Shown here: positions 62,961 to 64,000 of the stretch, one piece after another
How positions within the stretch are numbered: position 1 is the first letter of the stretch
How the letters are laid out: every line of letters starts with the position of its first letter
NCBI GenBank assembly: GCA_963772725.1
Contig: CAVYYI010000004.1
Coordinates: forward strand, 320,001-384,000
Reading direction: 5' to 3'
From: an uncultured Phycisphaerales bacterium
GTDB lineage: Bacteria > Planctomycetota > Phycisphaerae > Sedimentisphaerales > Anaerobacaceae
DNA: 64,000 nucleotides
Made by a program: the position numbers and the translations under genes
The notes under the pieces: model-generated
What the model saw: only the letters and a program-made list of their open reading frames with translations
Databases searched by the model: none
Told to the model about the DNA's origin: nothing

Positions 62961-64000
62961 ATGATTTTAAGCTTTCATCTAATGGATATAAATGTTTTTG
63001 AGGTAATCATACCTTTGATAATCGCCTCGGTAATTCTGGTCGTCGGATTCATTGCAAGAAAGATTCTGTTCAAAAGTCTTTGCTGCTGGGCCAAAAACTC
63101 GAAAACCCAAATCGACGACATTTTCTGCGAATCGATTAAGACCCCTTCAATCCTGTGGCTTATTATGCTGGCCATATACGGAGGCATTGCGTTCTCACGT
63201 CTCTCTGAAAAAACCGTCTCCAACGTCGGAAAGATTCTTTTCGTACTTGGCGCATTATCGGTAACGCTTGTTGCGGCAAACCTTCTGACTAAAATGTTAA
63301 AGGTCTATTCAAACAAGGTTGCACCCGGTGTGCAGGGGATATCCCTGACGGAAAATATTGTGCGAGTTGCCGTTATTGTTGTCGGTGTGCTGGTCATTCT
63401 TAATAGTCTGGGTGTTGAGATAACCCCAATTCTTGCGACGCTCGGTGTAGGCGGTCTGGCTGTGGCATTGGCGCTGCAGGACACACTGTCGAATTTATTC
63501 GCCGGTTTTCACATCAGCCTAAATAAAATGCTCCGGGTCGGCGATTATGTAAAACTTGAGACGGGCGAAGAAGGATACGTAATTGACATCACCTCGCGGA
63601 CCACAAAGATAAAAATGCTTTCGAACAATGTTATTTTAGTTCCCAATGCCAAGATAACGCAGACAATAATTACCAATTACTATTATCCTGACAAAGCATT
63701 GGCTGTACTTGTAAAAGTCGGAGTACATTACAACAGCAATCTTAAAGAGGTCGAAAGGATAACCTGTGAAGTGGCCAAAGAAATAATGCAGGAGGTGACT
63801 GGCGGTATTCCTGAATTCGAGCCTTTTATCCGGTATAATGAATTTGCCGATTTCAGCATTAATTTTAACGTTATTATGCGTGCAAAGGAATTTGTTGACC
63901 AGCATCTGATAAGACATGAGTTCATCAAGAGACTTCACGACCGATATAATAAAGAAGGTATTGTGATTCCGTACCCGATAAGAGCGGTTAACTACGAGCA
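62961..64000 (+). CDS. mscS: MscS-family mechanosensitive channel, running off the window end (absent from the ORF track)
   Basis: RBS AAGGAG; manual translation gives ILATLGVGGLAVALALQDTLSNLFAG, RVGDYVKL, VPN, IVIPYP. Confidence 0.92.
   Translation, partial: MILSFHLMDINVFEVIIPLIIASVILVVGFIARKILFKSLCCWAKNSKTQIDDIFCESIKTPSILWLIMLAIYGGIAFSRLSEKTVSNVGKILFVLGALSVTLVAANLLTKMLKVYSNKVAPGVQGISLTENIVRVAVIVVGVLVILNSLGVEITPILATLGVGGLAVALALQDTLSNLFAGFHISLNKMLRVGDYVKLETGEEGYVIDITSRTTKIKMLSNNVILVPNAKITQTIITNYYYPDKALAVLVKVGVHYNSNLKEVERITCEVAKEIMQEVTGGIPEFEPFIRYNEFADFSINFNVIMRAKEFVDQHLIRHEFIKRLHDRYNKEGIVIPYPIRAVNYE

Overview
64-kb bacterial chromosomal segment. Gene style (PEP-CTERM protein, planctomycete-type ECF sigma, GH106/GH2 loci) suggests a Planctomycetota/Phycisphaerae-like organism; this is an inference. 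Left to right: 3' part of purD; IS982-family element (copy 1); a PEP-CTERM protein; MFS transporter, nfi, HI0933-type flavoprotein and tRNA-Ser(CGA); a minus-strand glycan-utilisation block (GH43-like lipoprotein, sodium:solute symporter, URO-D-like protein, GH2, GH106); an ECF sigma/anti-sigma pair divergent from a Spy/CpxP-like protein and two FN3-metallophosphoesterases; cydAB; a ~36-kb surface-polysaccharide region (26.9-62.6 kb) interrupted by IS982 copy 2, an orphan NarL-type regulator, a TPR protein and two divergent giant secreted proteins; and the start of an mscS-family gene. About 20 single-base frameshifts in otherwise intact genes most likely reflect consensus errors. Most notable: (i) the giant protein heading the second polysaccharide operon appears to hold a caspase/gingipain-like (clan CD) His...Cys dyad split by a ~495-residue stretch with carbohydrate-binding and PKD domains; (ii) a degenerate nucleotidyltransferase/LbH protein is paired with a similar module fused to the priming phosphoglycosyltransferase; (iii) a co-varying RBS-overlapping hairpin is conserved in two diverged IS982 copies; (iv) back-to-back TGTCCCC-N16-ACAAT motifs are the probable promoter of the local ECF sigma. 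No CRISPR array, rRNA or prophage was seen.
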